Assembly (NCBI GenBank): GCA_023269715.1
Contig: JAGDVO010000001.1
Coordinates: 33,532 to 97,531 of the forward strand
From: Thermosulfidibacter sp.
GTDB taxonomy: Bacteria; Thermosulfidibacterota; Thermosulfidibacteria; Thermosulfidibacterales; Thermosulfidibacteraceae
Length of the DNA: 64,000 nucleotides
Direction of reading: 5' to 3'
How positions within the stretch are numbered: position 1 is the stretch's first letter; each line of letters opens with the position of its first letter. Positions 31,768 to 41,478 of the stretch are shown here, piece after piece. The position numbers and the translations under genes are program-made. The notes under the pieces are model-generated. The model was not told the DNA's origin, searched no databases, and saw only the letters and a list, made by a program, of their open reading frames with translations.

Positions 31768-32865
31768 ATGACGGCTAAAAAAATAAGGATCGAAGGTTAT
31801 CTATTCTTAGAGGGTAACATCCTAAAAAATCCCTCTATTGAACTAGGCAAAAACTACCTAACCATAAAGGAAAGTGAAGATGGCCACTTTACCCATAAAG
31901 GTTTTGCCATCCCAGGTTTGATAAATGCACATACACACCTAGACTTCCATAAACCTATAAACGAAAGGGATTTTATAAAGTGGATAGTAAAAATCATAAA
32001 GGAGGAGGTTAACCCCAAGAGGGGATACGAAAATGTGGATAAGAAAATAGAAGGATTAATAAACATAGGAGTCACGAGAATCTACGATATAACCAGGAAT
32101 ATGGTAACGGAAAGTAATGATCCCATAACCCCCTTTTTTGAAATCATAGGGAAGGATTCAACAGAAATCCCCGAAATTCCAAAAAACATGATGATAAGTT
32201 TACATGCGCCCTACAGTGTATCCCAAAACCTTGCAAAAAGGATAGTAGAGAGATACAGAAAAAAAAGCTTTGTTATGCACTTCCTTGAAACAGAAGAAGA
32301 ACAGAAATTCCTGACCGGCAAAAACAACAGATTTGAGGAGGTTATTTACCCTATAATTTCAAGAAAAAGGGAAACAGAAAGTTTCAGCACTCCGAGTGAG
32401 TTCCTGATCAAAATAGGATACAGAGGGATAAGAAAGGCACTAGTACACTTCGTAGAGGTAACAGAAAAGGACATAGAGATAGTCTCAAGGTTGAAAAATT
32501 CGGTTATAGTTTGCCCAAGAAGTAATCTATTTTTCAGCGGTAAGGTAGCACCTATAAAAAATCTAATGAATAGAGGCATAAATGTAGCAATAGGTACAGA
32601 TGGGTTAGGTAGTAGCCCAAACCTAAATCTCTGGGAAGAAATGAGACTTTTATTCTTGCTAGAGAGAATACCTATAGCAGAGATATTCAAAATGGTAACA
32701 ACCAACGCCCTTAAAATAGTAGGGTTACGTAACATATTGGATAACGGCTTGATAATATTTGAGATGCAACCTAACAAAACACCTACAGATACCTTGCTGG
32801 AGATACTGTTTCAAGCAGAAGACCTTAAGAAAAAGATTATTTTACCTCCACATTACCAACTATGA
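31768..32865 (+). CDS. metal-dependent amidohydrolase family protein (chlorohydrolase/nucleoside-deaminase-like)
   Basis: GLINAHTHLDF (HxH metal site), HFLET and IGTDGLGS are typical of the amidohydrolase superfamily. Substrate not assignable. Confidence 0.7.
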   Translation: MTAKKIRIEGYLFLEGNILKNPSIELGKNYLTIKESEDGHFTHKGFAIPGLINAHTHLDFHKPINERDFIKWIVKIIKEEVNPKRGYENVDKKIEGLINIGVTRIYDITRNMVTESNDPITPFFEIIGKDSTEIPEIPKNMMISLHAPYSVSQNLAKRIVERYRKKSFVMHFLETEEEQKFLTGKNNRFEEVIYPIISRKRETESFSTPSEFLIKIGYRGIRKALVHFVEVTEKDIEIVSRLKNSVIVCPRSNLFFSGKVAPIKNLMNRGINVAIGTDGLGSSPNLNLWEEMRLLFLLERIPIAEIFKMVTTNALKIVGLRNILDNGLIIFEMQPNKTPTDTLLEILFQAEDLKKKIILPPHYQL

Positions 32866-34156
32866 CAGTCGTTATTTTATCAGAACTTATGTACTTTTTG
32901 ACAACCTCCCTGACATCCTCAATGGTAACAGATTCAATCTCCTTTGGATATCTAACGAGATAGTCCTTCGCAAGATTATAGAAACTAACAAAGGCTAGAT
33001 AATCCGCTATTTTTCCATTTGTGTCAAGTTTTAAAGGAAAACTGCCAATTAGATAGCTTTTTGCCATACTGAGCTCTTCACTTGTCACACCACCCTTTAC
33101 GAATCTCCTAAGTTCTTCTATAACTTCCGTAATGGCAGACTTAACCCTACTATTTTCAGTTTGAAAAACTATCTTAAAACTACCAGTATAATAGGTAGGG
33201 TCAACATAGCTATATACAGAATAGGCATAACCACCCTTTTCACGTATTCTCTCAAAGAGTCTAGACGTAAGACCAGAGCCACCAAAAACCTGATTTGCCA
33301 CAACAAGTTTTATAAAATCAGGGTTACTCCTTCTCACACAGGGATGGCCTATTATAACGGTTGCCTGAGCTGTATTTTTCAGTACCGTGAAAGTCCCAGA
33401 TTCACTTCTGATCTCAGGTTCAGGCGGAATTCCTTCTGAAACACCATTCCAACCGGAAAAATACTTTTCGAGGATCTTAATAAGGTTATCTTTAGAGATA
33501 TTGCCAACAACTATTAGCCTAGAACCAATAGGTTTATAGTGTTCTCTGTAGAAATTTATAACATCATCACGACTTATAGCTTCAACAGAATCGACATTTC
33601 CATAAACGGGATAACCATAGGGATGATTTTTCCCATAAACCTTAGAACTGAAGGTCTTTGAAGCAACATACCCAGGATCTTCTTCACTTTTTATTATGTC
33701 AGAGATTATCTCCTTCTTTACCCTATTAAACTCCTCCTGAGGAAACGTAGGATTTTGTATGACATCCGCTACTATCTTAAGAGTATCATCCAGATAGTCC
33801 GTAAGTGTCCTAAAATATATTGTTGCATAATCCCTGGAAACACTGACACTATAATCCACACCCATGAAATCTAGTTTTTCCGCTATGTCTTTTGAAGAAT
33901 AATTTTTAGAACCTTCAAAAAGCATCTGAGATACAACGTTAGCCAACCCTTTTTTTCCTTCAGGGTCGAAGAGACTACCTGCAGGAATGACAAATTTAAA
34001 AACAACAAAAGGTAGGACACTTCTTTCTATATACCACACTTCCAAACCATTACTCAACTTAAAAACATCAGGTATAAGGTTTGTATTTACCTCACCAGCC
34101 ATCAAAAACCTCCAAAAACCAACTAAGAAGACCAAAGATAAAATTAATTTCCTCAT
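32837..34156 (-). CDS. M16 family peptidase, non-catalytic-type subunit (no HxxEH)
   Basis: Signal peptide and M16 fold, but the zinc-site position reads ANVVSQMLFEGS. Overlaps the upstream M16 gene by 4 nt. Confidence 0.8.
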   Translation of the reverse strand: MRKLILSLVFLVGFWRFLMAGEVNTNLIPDVFKLSNGLEVWYIERSVLPFVVFKFVIPAGSLFDPEGKKGLANVVSQMLFEGSKNYSSKDIAEKLDFMGVDYSVSVSRDYATIYFRTLTDYLDDTLKIVADVIQNPTFPQEEFNRVKKEIISDIIKSEEDPGYVASKTFSSKVYGKNHPYGYPVYGNVDSVEAISRDDVINFYREHYKPIGSRLIVVGNISKDNLIKILEKYFSGWNGVSEGIPPEPEIRSESGTFTVLKNTAQATVIIGHPCVRRSNPDFIKLVVANQVFGGSGLTSRLFERIREKGGYAYSVYSYVDPTYYTGSFKIVFQTENSRVKSAITEVIEELRRFVKGGVTSEELSMAKSYLIGSFPLKLDTNGKIADYLAFVSFYNLAKDYLVRYPKEIESVTIEDVREVVKKYISSDKITTVIVGNVEVK

Positions 34157-35505
34157 TGCCTCTTCTCTGGTAGTAGGAATCCAACTGTATAGTTATCCCT
34201 CGTAAGATATTTCTTTGCAACATTCTTAATGTCTTCAGGCGTTACTCTTGAGATCCTATCTACATAACTATTCACATAATCTAAGCTAAAACCACAAACT
34301 TCCAACATCCCTATCAGCATAGCCCTATAGAAGTTGGAATCAAGCCCATAGATAAAAGAAGCTACCACCTTGTTCTTTGCCTTTTCCAACTCTTCCTTAG
34401 TTGGCCCATCCCTTTTTATCCTTTCTATCTCTTCCCATACAACACTTTCTACCTCTTCCAATTTCACGTTAGGTGCAGGAACTATATAAAGGCCAAAAGT
34501 TACTTTACTACCTCTAGATATTGGATCATACTCTGTTTCAACGGTAACCGCCTTCTTATCATCCAACACCAGCCTTTTATAAAGTCTGGAGCTTTTACCT
34601 TCACCCAGTATGAGGGAAAGAACCCTTAAAGCATAGCTATCATCTCTCTTACCATTGGGGACAAGAAAAACACCGAATAAAGAAGGAATCCTTACTTCAC
34701 TATGTTTTACTATCAATCTCTTTTCACCTCTCTGTTCAGGCTCTTCAAAGTCAGGTCTCTTTATATCAGGGCACCTTTCTATTGAACCGAAGTATTTTTC
34801 AGCTTTTTCACAAACCTCCTCTCCACTAACATCACCCACCACTACCATAACCGCATTATTGGGACAGTAGTAACTTTTATAGTGTTTATTAAGATCTTCA
34901 AGGGTTATATTTTCTACATCTCTCATCCAACCTATAATAGGCCAGTGATAAGGATGAGCTCTATAAGCCGCAGCTATAACCTCTTCAACAAGGACACTTG
35001 TAGGTTCATCTTCGGTTCTCAACCTCCTCTCCTCCATAACAACCATCTTTTCACGCTTAAACTCATCCTCGGTCAGTTTAAGATTCACCATCCTATCAGA
35101 CTCGAGCTCCATTGATATATCTATCTTTTTACTATCGCCCCAGTTCTCGAAATAGACAGTGTAATCTTTACTCGTGAAGGCATTCTCCTGTCCACCATTT
35201 AAAGATACGATTTTTGAGAACATCCCCGGACCATACTTTTCCGTACCCTTAAACATCATATGCTCAAGTAGATGGGAAATTCCTGTCTTACCAAAAGTCT
35301 CATCCATAGATCCAACCTTATACCATATTTGGAAAGTTACCGTAGGTGTAGTATGATCTTCAACAACTATGACCTTCAAACCGTTCTTTAGAACGTATTC
35401 CTTAGGTTTTATAGAAAGGCTAGCTGCAATCAAAGATCCCCTCCCGTATACAGTTAGCAGGATTAATAGGTACCAGAAAATTCTTTTCAACTCGTAGACT
35501 CCCAA
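34153..35505 (-). CDS. M16 family zinc peptidase (HxxEH active site)
   Basis: Signal peptide, GISHLLEHMMFKGT (inverted zinc motif) and NAFTSKDYTVY. Confidence 0.87.
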   Translation of the reverse strand: MGVYELKRIFWYLLILLTVYGRGSLIAASLSIKPKEYVLKNGLKVIVVEDHTTPTVTFQIWYKVGSMDETFGKTGISHLLEHMMFKGTEKYGPGMFSKIVSLNGGQENAFTSKDYTVYFENWGDSKKIDISMELESDRMVNLKLTEDEFKREKMVVMEERRLRTEDEPTSVLVEEVIAAAYRAHPYHWPIIGWMRDVENITLEDLNKHYKSYYCPNNAVMVVVGDVSGEEVCEKAEKYFGSIERCPDIKRPDFEEPEQRGEKRLIVKHSEVRIPSLFGVFLVPNGKRDDSYALRVLSLILGEGKSSRLYKRLVLDDKKAVTVETEYDPISRGSKVTFGLYIVPAPNVKLEEVESVVWEEIERIKRDGPTKEELEKAKNKVVASFIYGLDSNFYRAMLIGMLEVCGFSLDYVNSYVDRISRVTPEDIKNVAKKYLTRDNYTVGFLLPEKRQ

Positions 35506-36102
35506 CTAAAACACACCCTTTATCACTCTATTAAAGACCATGTCTTCCATATACCTTAAGGCAATACTATAGTCAACATTTCCACAAGATCTGAATCCCA
35601 CAGGTCTTAAAGCACTAACATCTTTGCCACTCCAAAGTACTATCTCATCCTCACTCTTCACAGCAAGTAAAATGTTCTCCCCTTTACTCACAGCAAAAAC
35701 AAGGCTACCATCTATACCTGAGTAGTTCGGTCGTGACCATGTAACTCCATCGTCCAAACTTACAGAATAAAAGATAGAATGAACAGGGAAAGAAGAGGCG
35801 ACAAAGGCTAGTAACACCCCGGATAAATCAACTATTGATGTATGTCTCAATTCTATTCCCTCATCCTCAGATATAGCTATTATGGATCTAAGATACAATT
35901 GTTCAGAATCAGCATCATATTCGAAAATGAGAGGAGACGTCAACTTACAACCATAGGGAATACCAAAGCCAGGGACCAAAAATAAACCATCAAACTCCAG
36001 AGGCAACCCACTTATAAATGCACACTTTGTAAAGGGAGTATCCACCCTCTGACCGTAGAAAAAAGTAAACATCTCCTTATTAACTAACTTTTCGGTAACC
36101 AT
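35506..36102 (-). CDS. hypothetical 198-aa protein with a single Asp-box (BNR) motif
   Basis: SVSLDDGVTWSRP matches S-x-D-x-G-x-T-W. No signal peptide. Its stop abuts the start codon of the M16 peptidase gene. SD AAGGGGG lies upstream. Confidence 0.45.
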   Translation of the reverse strand: MVTEKLVNKEMFTFFYGQRVDTPFTKCAFISGLPLEFDGLFLVPGFGIPYGCKLTSPLIFEYDADSEQLYLRSIIAISEDEGIELRHTSIVDLSGVLLAFVASSFPVHSIFYSVSLDDGVTWSRPNYSGIDGSLVFAVSKGENILLAVKSEDEIVLWSGKDVSALRPVGFRSCGNVDYSIALRYMEDMVFNRVIKGVF

Positions 36103-36159
36103 TTACAACCCCCTTCTCGATAATTTCTCTCGATAGATTAGCAAGATTTATGCCAGAAT

Positions 36160-38166
36160 TCACACGTTCGATTCCATCAGATCCTCTAACCTCTTTTTAA
36201 GAGCTTTTATCTCCTCTCTTATTACTATAGCCTTTTCAAAGGCAAGCTCACTAGCAGCCTTCTTCATCTCCTTTTCTAGCTTCTTTATCATAGCTTCTAT
36301 CTCATCGGGTTTAAGAAAAACATCAATCTTTTGATCATCAATACTAACGGTGTAATAATCCCTCTCATATGGTGATTCCAGTATATCTCTGATATTCTTT
36401 TTAATACTCTGCGGTGTAATACCATGCTTTCTATTATATTCCTCCTGTATTTTTCTTCTCCTTCTCATCTCACCTATCGCTCTTCCCATAGAGGAGGTAA
36501 CCGTGTCGGCATACATTATAACTTTGCCATTTATGTTTCTCGCTGCTCTACCTGAAGTCTGAACCAGAGCCCTTTCAGACCTTAAAAAGCCTTCCTTATC
36601 GGCATCTAGTATAGCAACAAGAGAAACTTCTGGTATATCAAGACCTTCCCTCAAAAGATTCACACCCACTATACAATCATAAACCCCAAGTCTTAAATCT
36701 CTTATGATCCTTGTCCTCTCTATAGTATCAACCTCAGAATGTAGGTAGACAGCTTTTATACCCCTCTCATTAAGATAGTCCGCCAGTTCCTCTGCCATCC
36801 TCTTCGTAATAGTCGTTATCAAAGCTCTTTCGTTACGTTTCTTAACTTCAAGAAGTTCTCTATAGAGATCCTCCACCTGCCCCTTAGTTGGCCTTACAAA
36901 AACTTCAGGTTCCATAAGTCCAGTAGGTCTTACTATCTGTTCAACAACATAAGGACCACTGAGTTCGAGTTCGTAATCCCCTGGTGTTGCAGATACAAAG
37001 ATAATCTGATTAACCTTTGACATAAACTCTTCAAATTTCAAAGGTCTATTGTCAAGAGCACTTGGCAACCTAAAACCGTATTCCACAAGGTTCATTTTTC
37101 TTGTCCTATCGCCCTCATACATCCCTCTCAGCTGGGGTATGGTAACATGGGACTCATCGATTATTATTAGAGCGTCACTTGGTAGGTAGTCTATAAGAGT
37201 AGGAGGTGGTTCACCAGGCTTTCTGCCGGTTAAATGTCTAGAGTAATTCTCTATGCCCTTACAGTAACCAACCTCCATAAGCATCTCAAGGTCATAGACG
37301 GTTCTCCTCCATAACCTCTCCGCCTCAATCTCCTTACCCATAGCCTTTAATTCTTTTACCCTTTCCTCAAGCTCAGCCTTTATAGAGGCTATAGCCCTTT
37401 CCATCATGTTATGCGGAGTAACATAGTGACTCGCAGGATAAATAGTGAACCTTTCCACATCTTCCAAAACTCTACCGGTAAGAGGATCTATAAGAGACAA
37501 CCTCTCTATCTCATCGCCCCAAAGCTCTATCCTTAAGGCTGTATCCTCAAGGTTACTGGGGAATACCTCTATAACATCGCCCCTTATTCTAAAGATACCT
37601 CTAGTAAAATCATAATCGTTCCTCCTATAGAGGATCTCGACCAGTTTATCCACAATCTCTTTCCTTGAAATCTCCATACCCACATCTAAGGTAAGAACCA
37701 TACCATAGTAAGCTTCTGGACTACCAAGTCCGTATATACAGCTCACCGTCGCAACTATTATGACATCCCTTCTCTCCAATAGACTACTTGTTGCTATATG
37801 CCTGAGCTTATCTATCTCCTCGTTTATGGAGCAATCCTTTTCAATGTAAAGATCAAGGTGTGGAACGTAAGCTTCAGGTTGATAGTAGTCGTAATAGGAA
37901 ACAAAATAACAGATAGCATTTTCCGGAAAGAAATGTTTAAACTCAGAATAAAGCTGAGCAGCCAGAGTTTTATTATGAGAGATCACAAGTGTAGGTCTAC
38001 TAACTCTTGCTATAACATTAGCCATGGTAAAAGTTTTACCTGAGCCTGTAACTCCAACGAGGGTCATATAGGGAACACCACTATTCACCCATTCAACGAG
38101 CTTTTCTATTGCCTTGGGTTGATCTCCCCTTGGTTCGAAATCCGATATGAGCTTGAACTTAGCCAT
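36160..38166 (-). CDS. uvrB: excinuclease ABC subunit B
   Basis: [23 protein letters not shown] aligns with the E. coli N-terminus [33 protein letters not shown] box and a C-terminal UVR domain are present. The track start TTG 38205 adds 13 non-conserved residues. Confidence 0.96.
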   Translation of the reverse strand: MAKFKLISDFEPRGDQPKAIEKLVEWVNSGVPYMTLVGVTGSGKTFTMANVIARVSRPTLVISHNKTLAAQLYSEFKHFFPENAICYFVSYYDYYQPEAYVPHLDLYIEKDCSINEEIDKLRHIATSSLLERRDVIIVATVSCIYGLGSPEAYYGMVLTLDVGMEISRKEIVDKLVEILYRRNDYDFTRGIFRIRGDVIEVFPSNLEDTALRIELWGDEIERLSLIDPLTGRVLEDVERFTIYPASHYVTPHNMMERAIASIKAELEERVKELKAMGKEIEAERLWRRTVYDLEMLMEVGYCKGIENYSRHLTGRKPGEPPPTLIDYLPSDALIIIDESHVTIPQLRGMYEGDRTRKMNLVEYGFRLPSALDNRPLKFEEFMSKVNQIIFVSATPGDYELELSGPYVVEQIVRPTGLMEPEVFVRPTKGQVEDLYRELLEVKKRNERALITTITKRMAEELADYLNERGIKAVYLHSEVDTIERTRIIRDLRLGVYDCIVGVNLLREGLDIPEVSLVAILDADKEGFLRSERALVQTSGRAARNINGKVIMYADTVTSSMGRAIGEMRRRRKIQEEYNRKHGITPQSIKKNIRDILESPYERDYYTVSIDDQKIDVFLKPDEIEAMIKKLEKEMKKAASELAFEKAIVIREEIKALKKRLEDLMESNV

Positions 38167-38206
38167 TTCCTTAGGTATAGGTATACCATATTCAACTTTT
38201 GTCAAG

Positions 38207-38785
38207 ATGAGTGATATAGTGACCGAAATAAGAAGGCAGTTATTTCATATGACGAATGGAACCATCATAATCCTTGTTTATCTTCACTGGGGTAAAATTG
38301 TAGGAATAGTACTCGCTATTCTCTCCCTGATATCCCTCATCGTACTTAAATCGAAGTTATATGAAAAAATTGGCCTAATAAAATTGATAATAGACCTATT
38401 CGAAAGGGAGGAAAACCTTAATAACCCAGGAATAGGAGGTATCACCTTTCTTATAGGTATGGCTCTTACCATAGTTATATTCCCTCCATATGTAACACTA
38501 GGAGGCTTGATAGCTCTTACATATGGAGATGCGACAAGTACAATAGTGGGAAAGACAATCGGTAAGTTTAAGATAAACCTTACCGGCAAAAAAAGAACAG
38601 TAGAGGGATGTATAGGTTTTATCCTAGGAGCAACTATTATCGGTTCAATTTTCACATCAATCAAAATTAGTTTTCTAAGTGGATTAATTGGTTGTTTTAT
38701 AGAACTAGTAAGTCCAATAGATGACAATTTAACTATACCTACATTTACTTCATTGACTTTATGGCTCCTTTATGTTCTTACTTGA
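38207..38785 (+). CDS. polyprenol/diacylglycerol kinase-like membrane protein (CTP-dependent, CdsA superfamily)
   Basis: EIRRQLFHM start region and [37 protein letters not shown] match my memory of the dolichol/phytol-kinase-like family. Multi-TM. ATG 38207 is preferred over the track TTG 38147, which overlaps uvrB. Confidence 0.65.
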   Translation: MSDIVTEIRRQLFHMTNGTIIILVYLHWGKIVGIVLAILSLISLIVLKSKLYEKIGLIKLIIDLFEREENLNNPGIGGITFLIGMALTIVIFPPYVTLGGLIALTYGDATSTIVGKTIGKFKINLTGKKRTVEGCIGFILGATIIGSIFTSIKISFLSGLIGCFIELVSPIDDNLTIPTFTSLTLWLLYVLT

Positions 38786-38788
38786 AAT

Positions 38789-39310
38789 ATGGAAGAAAGA
38801 AGAAAATTTGCAAGAGTAGAAATCCTTATGCCGATAAAATATAAAAAGGTAACTGAAGAAAAAGATCTAATGAAGCCACCTACAATCCTGGGGGATCCAA
38901 CTATACTGTTCCCAAAGCCATTAGAATATCCAAAAGATCCAGTAATCTCTGACTGGTTAAAATACATAAATGCGAAATTGGATTTCATAATAAGCATCCT
39001 AACCTCCAAAAAGAAAACAGAGGATGATTTTGAATATAAACTCGTAAATCTTAGCGCTGGAGGGATAAACTTTGAAACTAAAGAGGAAATAAAAAAGGAC
39101 GAAATATTAGAAATAGAAATGATACTAGAAGAGACTATACCAACAGCAATAAAGGTACTTGCAAAAGTGGTTTGGTGTGAAAGGATAGACAACAGATGGA
39201 AAATAGGAGCTAACTTTTTAAACCCAACCGAGAGAATACTAGAAATTCTAGCAAGGTTTGTATTTGAAAAACAGAGAGAATTACTATCTAAAAAGAGGCT
39301 TTCGGAATGA
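38789..39310 (+). CDS. PilZ domain protein (c-di-GMP receptor) with long insert, upstream of motAB
   Basis: RRKFAR (RRxxxR, residues 4-9) and NLSAGG (N-x-S-x-x-G, residues 87-92). Its stop overlaps the motA ATG (ATGA at 39307-39310). Confidence 0.8.
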   Translation: MEERRKFARVEILMPIKYKKVTEEKDLMKPPTILGDPTILFPKPLEYPKDPVISDWLKYINAKLDFIISILTSKKKTEDDFEYKLVNLSAGGINFETKEEIKKDEILEIEMILEETIPTAIKVLAKVVWCERIDNRWKIGANFLNPTERILEILARFVFEKQRELLSKKRLSE

Positions 39311-40164
39311 CCAGTTTAATAGGAATCTTCATAGTTATCGGATGTGTAATAGGCGGATATTTAATGGAACATGGAAACCTATCAGTTCTGATCCAGCCAG
39401 CTGAATGGCTTATAATATTTGGAAGTGCCTTTGGAGCCCTTGTGATATCATCGCCCTTTACTGTTGTAAAGGGAGTAATCCAGGGAGCATTAGGAGCGAT
39501 ACTAGGAAAGGAAGAGGTAAAAAAGAGCGATTACTTGGATATACTGTTACTTCTAAACGATATATTTATAAAGGTAAGAAGAGAAGGTCTAATAGCCGTA
39601 GAACAGGATATAGAAGAACCGCAAAATAGTCCTATTTTTAATAATTATCCGAATATACTAAAAGATCGCTTACTGATAAACTTTATAACAGATACCCTTA
39701 GAACAATCATGACCACAACTATGAGCCCCTATGAGCTGGAAAGTTTACTAGATACAGAAATAGAAGTCACTATTGAGGAAGAGACAGAGCCTGCACACAC
39801 CCTCACGACAATAGCGGATTCCCTTCCAGGGCTCGGTATAGTAGCTGCTGTTCTCGGTGTAGTCTTAACAATGGGTAAAATAAACGAACCACCAGAAGTC
39901 CTCGGTCATAGTATAGGATCAGCTCTTGTTGGAACCTTTATGGGTGTTCTCATGTGTTATGGTTTTGTAGGCCCAACAGCTAGAAAAATGCAAGCTGTGG
40001 TAAACAGTAAAAAGAGCCTACTTATAGTTGTAAAATCTGCACTGGTATCATTTGTAGGAGGTTCCCCCCCACAGATAGCATTAGAATATGCGAGAAGAGC
40101 TATTCCACCACACTTTAGACCATCATTTAGGGAACTAGAGGAAACAATCAAGTCCAGAAAGTAA
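39307..40164 (+). CDS. motA: flagellar motor stator protein MotA
   Basis: 285 aa with four TM segments, a large cytoplasmic loop and the C-terminal PGLGIVAAVLGVV plug-like region. Followed by motB. Confidence 0.9.
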   Translation: MTSLIGIFIVIGCVIGGYLMEHGNLSVLIQPAEWLIIFGSAFGALVISSPFTVVKGVIQGALGAILGKEEVKKSDYLDILLLLNDIFIKVRREGLIAVEQDIEEPQNSPIFNNYPNILKDRLLINFITDTLRTIMTTTMSPYELESLLDTEIEVTIEEETEPAHTLTTIADSLPGLGIVAAVLGVVLTMGKINEPPEVLGHSIGSALVGTFMGVLMCYGFVGPTARKMQAVVNSKKSLLIVVKSALVSFVGGSPPQIALEYARRAIPPHFRPSFRELEETIKSRK

Positions 40165-40176
40165 AGAGAAACCGAA

Positions 40177-40962
40177 ATGGACGAGAAAACAACAGTTATA
40201 ATAGTAAAAAGGGGTAAAAAGGGAGGGGAAGGCCACCACGGAGGTAGCTGGAAGGTAGCTTATGCGGATTTTGTAACCGCGATGATGGCCTTTTTCCTTC
40301 TAATGTGGCTGATAACTATGGTATCACCTGAAAAGAGAGCAGGAGTAGCACATTACTTTCAAACTTTCAGTATATTTAATCCCTCAGGTAGATCCATAAT
40401 TCCCAGTGCCTCACCCGAATCAAGGGGTGGCACAAGTGTATTAAAATTCTCCAAAACTAGAACTGTAATCGAAAAGATAAAGGGAGAAATCGGCAAAGGT
40501 CTAACAGAAAGATTAAAAGCTCTAAGTGGACATTTAAGAATAGAAGTTTTAGAAAAGGGCTTAAGGATAGAGATAACCGATCTAGCAGGTGAACCACTCT
40601 TTAATCCTGGTAGCGCAGAACCAACCCAAGAGGCAAAAGAAATACTAAAACTTATAACAGATTCCGTAAAAGAGGAACCTATTACGATAGAAATAGAAGG
40701 ACATTCTGACGCAACCCCCTACAAAGGGAATAACCTTAACAATTGGGAACTTTCGGTTCTTCGTGCTTCATCAGCATTCAAGTACATGGTAGAAGTAGGT
40801 TTACCAGTAGAAAAGGTTACCAAGATCACCGGCTACAGCGACACAAAACCACTCATAAAAGAAAATCCCTTCGATCCTAGAAATAGAAGAATAAGCCTGT
40901 ACATAGAAGTAGCCGAGGAACATCTAACCTCATCAGAAAATGCAACAAAAACGATTAAATAG
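40177..40962 (+). CDS. motB: flagellar motor stator protein MotB (OmpA-like C-terminal domain)
   Basis: GGSWKVAYADFVTAMMAFFLLMWL (conserved Asp in the TM helix) and an OmpA-like IEGHSDATP...LSVLRA. Confidence 0.9.
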   Translation: MDEKTTVIIVKRGKKGGEGHHGGSWKVAYADFVTAMMAFFLLMWLITMVSPEKRAGVAHYFQTFSIFNPSGRSIIPSASPESRGGTSVLKFSKTRTVIEKIKGEIGKGLTERLKALSGHLRIEVLEKGLRIEITDLAGEPLFNPGSAEPTQEAKEILKLITDSVKEEPITIEIEGHSDATPYKGNNLNNWELSVLRASSAFKYMVEVGLPVEKVTKITGYSDTKPLIKENPFDPRNRRISLYIEVAEEHLTSSENATKTIK

Positions 40963-40965
40963 ATA

Positions 40966-40994
40966 TTGACAGATTTAAGCCAATGCTATATTAA
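40966..40994 (+). promoter_or_regulatory. candidate sigma-70 promoter for tRNA-Phe (and possibly trxA-ruvX-coaX)
   Basis: Perfect TTGACA at 40966-40971, then either N15 + TGcTATATT (extended -10, 40984-40992) or N17 + TATTAA. The tRNA begins at 41010. Confidence 0.5.
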
Positions 40995-41009
40995 TAGCTT
41001 ACAACGGTA

Positions 41010-41082
<73 letters not shown>

Positions 41083-41136
41083 TTTTGAAGCAACCAAGCT
41101 ATAGCTTTATCAGAATATTAGGAAATGGAGGAAAAC

Positions 41137-41463
41137 ATGGGAAAGGTAACTGAACTTAATGAGGCTAACTTCGAAAAGGAAGTGCTCCAATCCGATATTC
41201 CCGTGTTGGTTGATTTCTGGGCTATTTGGTGTGCTCCCTGTAGAATGATAGCACCAACAATAGATGCATTAGCTGAAGAATTTGAAGGTAAAGTAAAGGT
41301 TTGCAAGGTAAATGTAGATGAAAATCCAAACTTAGCGGTAAGATTCAGCATAAGAGCGATTCCAACTTTACTCCTTTTCAAAGAAGGTAAAGTTGTGGAA
41401 CAGCTAGTTGGAGTACAACCCAAGGAGATTCTTATCTCCATATTGAACAGATATGTATCATAA
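41137..41463 (+). CDS. trxA: thioredoxin (active site WCAPC)
   Basis: [18 protein letters not shown]...[14 protein letters not shown]. The track start ATG 41125 overlaps the SD GGAGG (41127-41131); ATG 41137 follows that SD by 5 nt. Confidence 0.93.
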   Translation: MGKVTELNEANFEKEVLQSDIPVLVDFWAIWCAPCRMIAPTIDALAEEFEGKVKVCKVNVDENPNLAVRFSIRAIPTLLLFKEGKVVEQLVGVQPKEILISILNRYVS

Positions 41464-41478
41464 TGTAACTACCATTAT

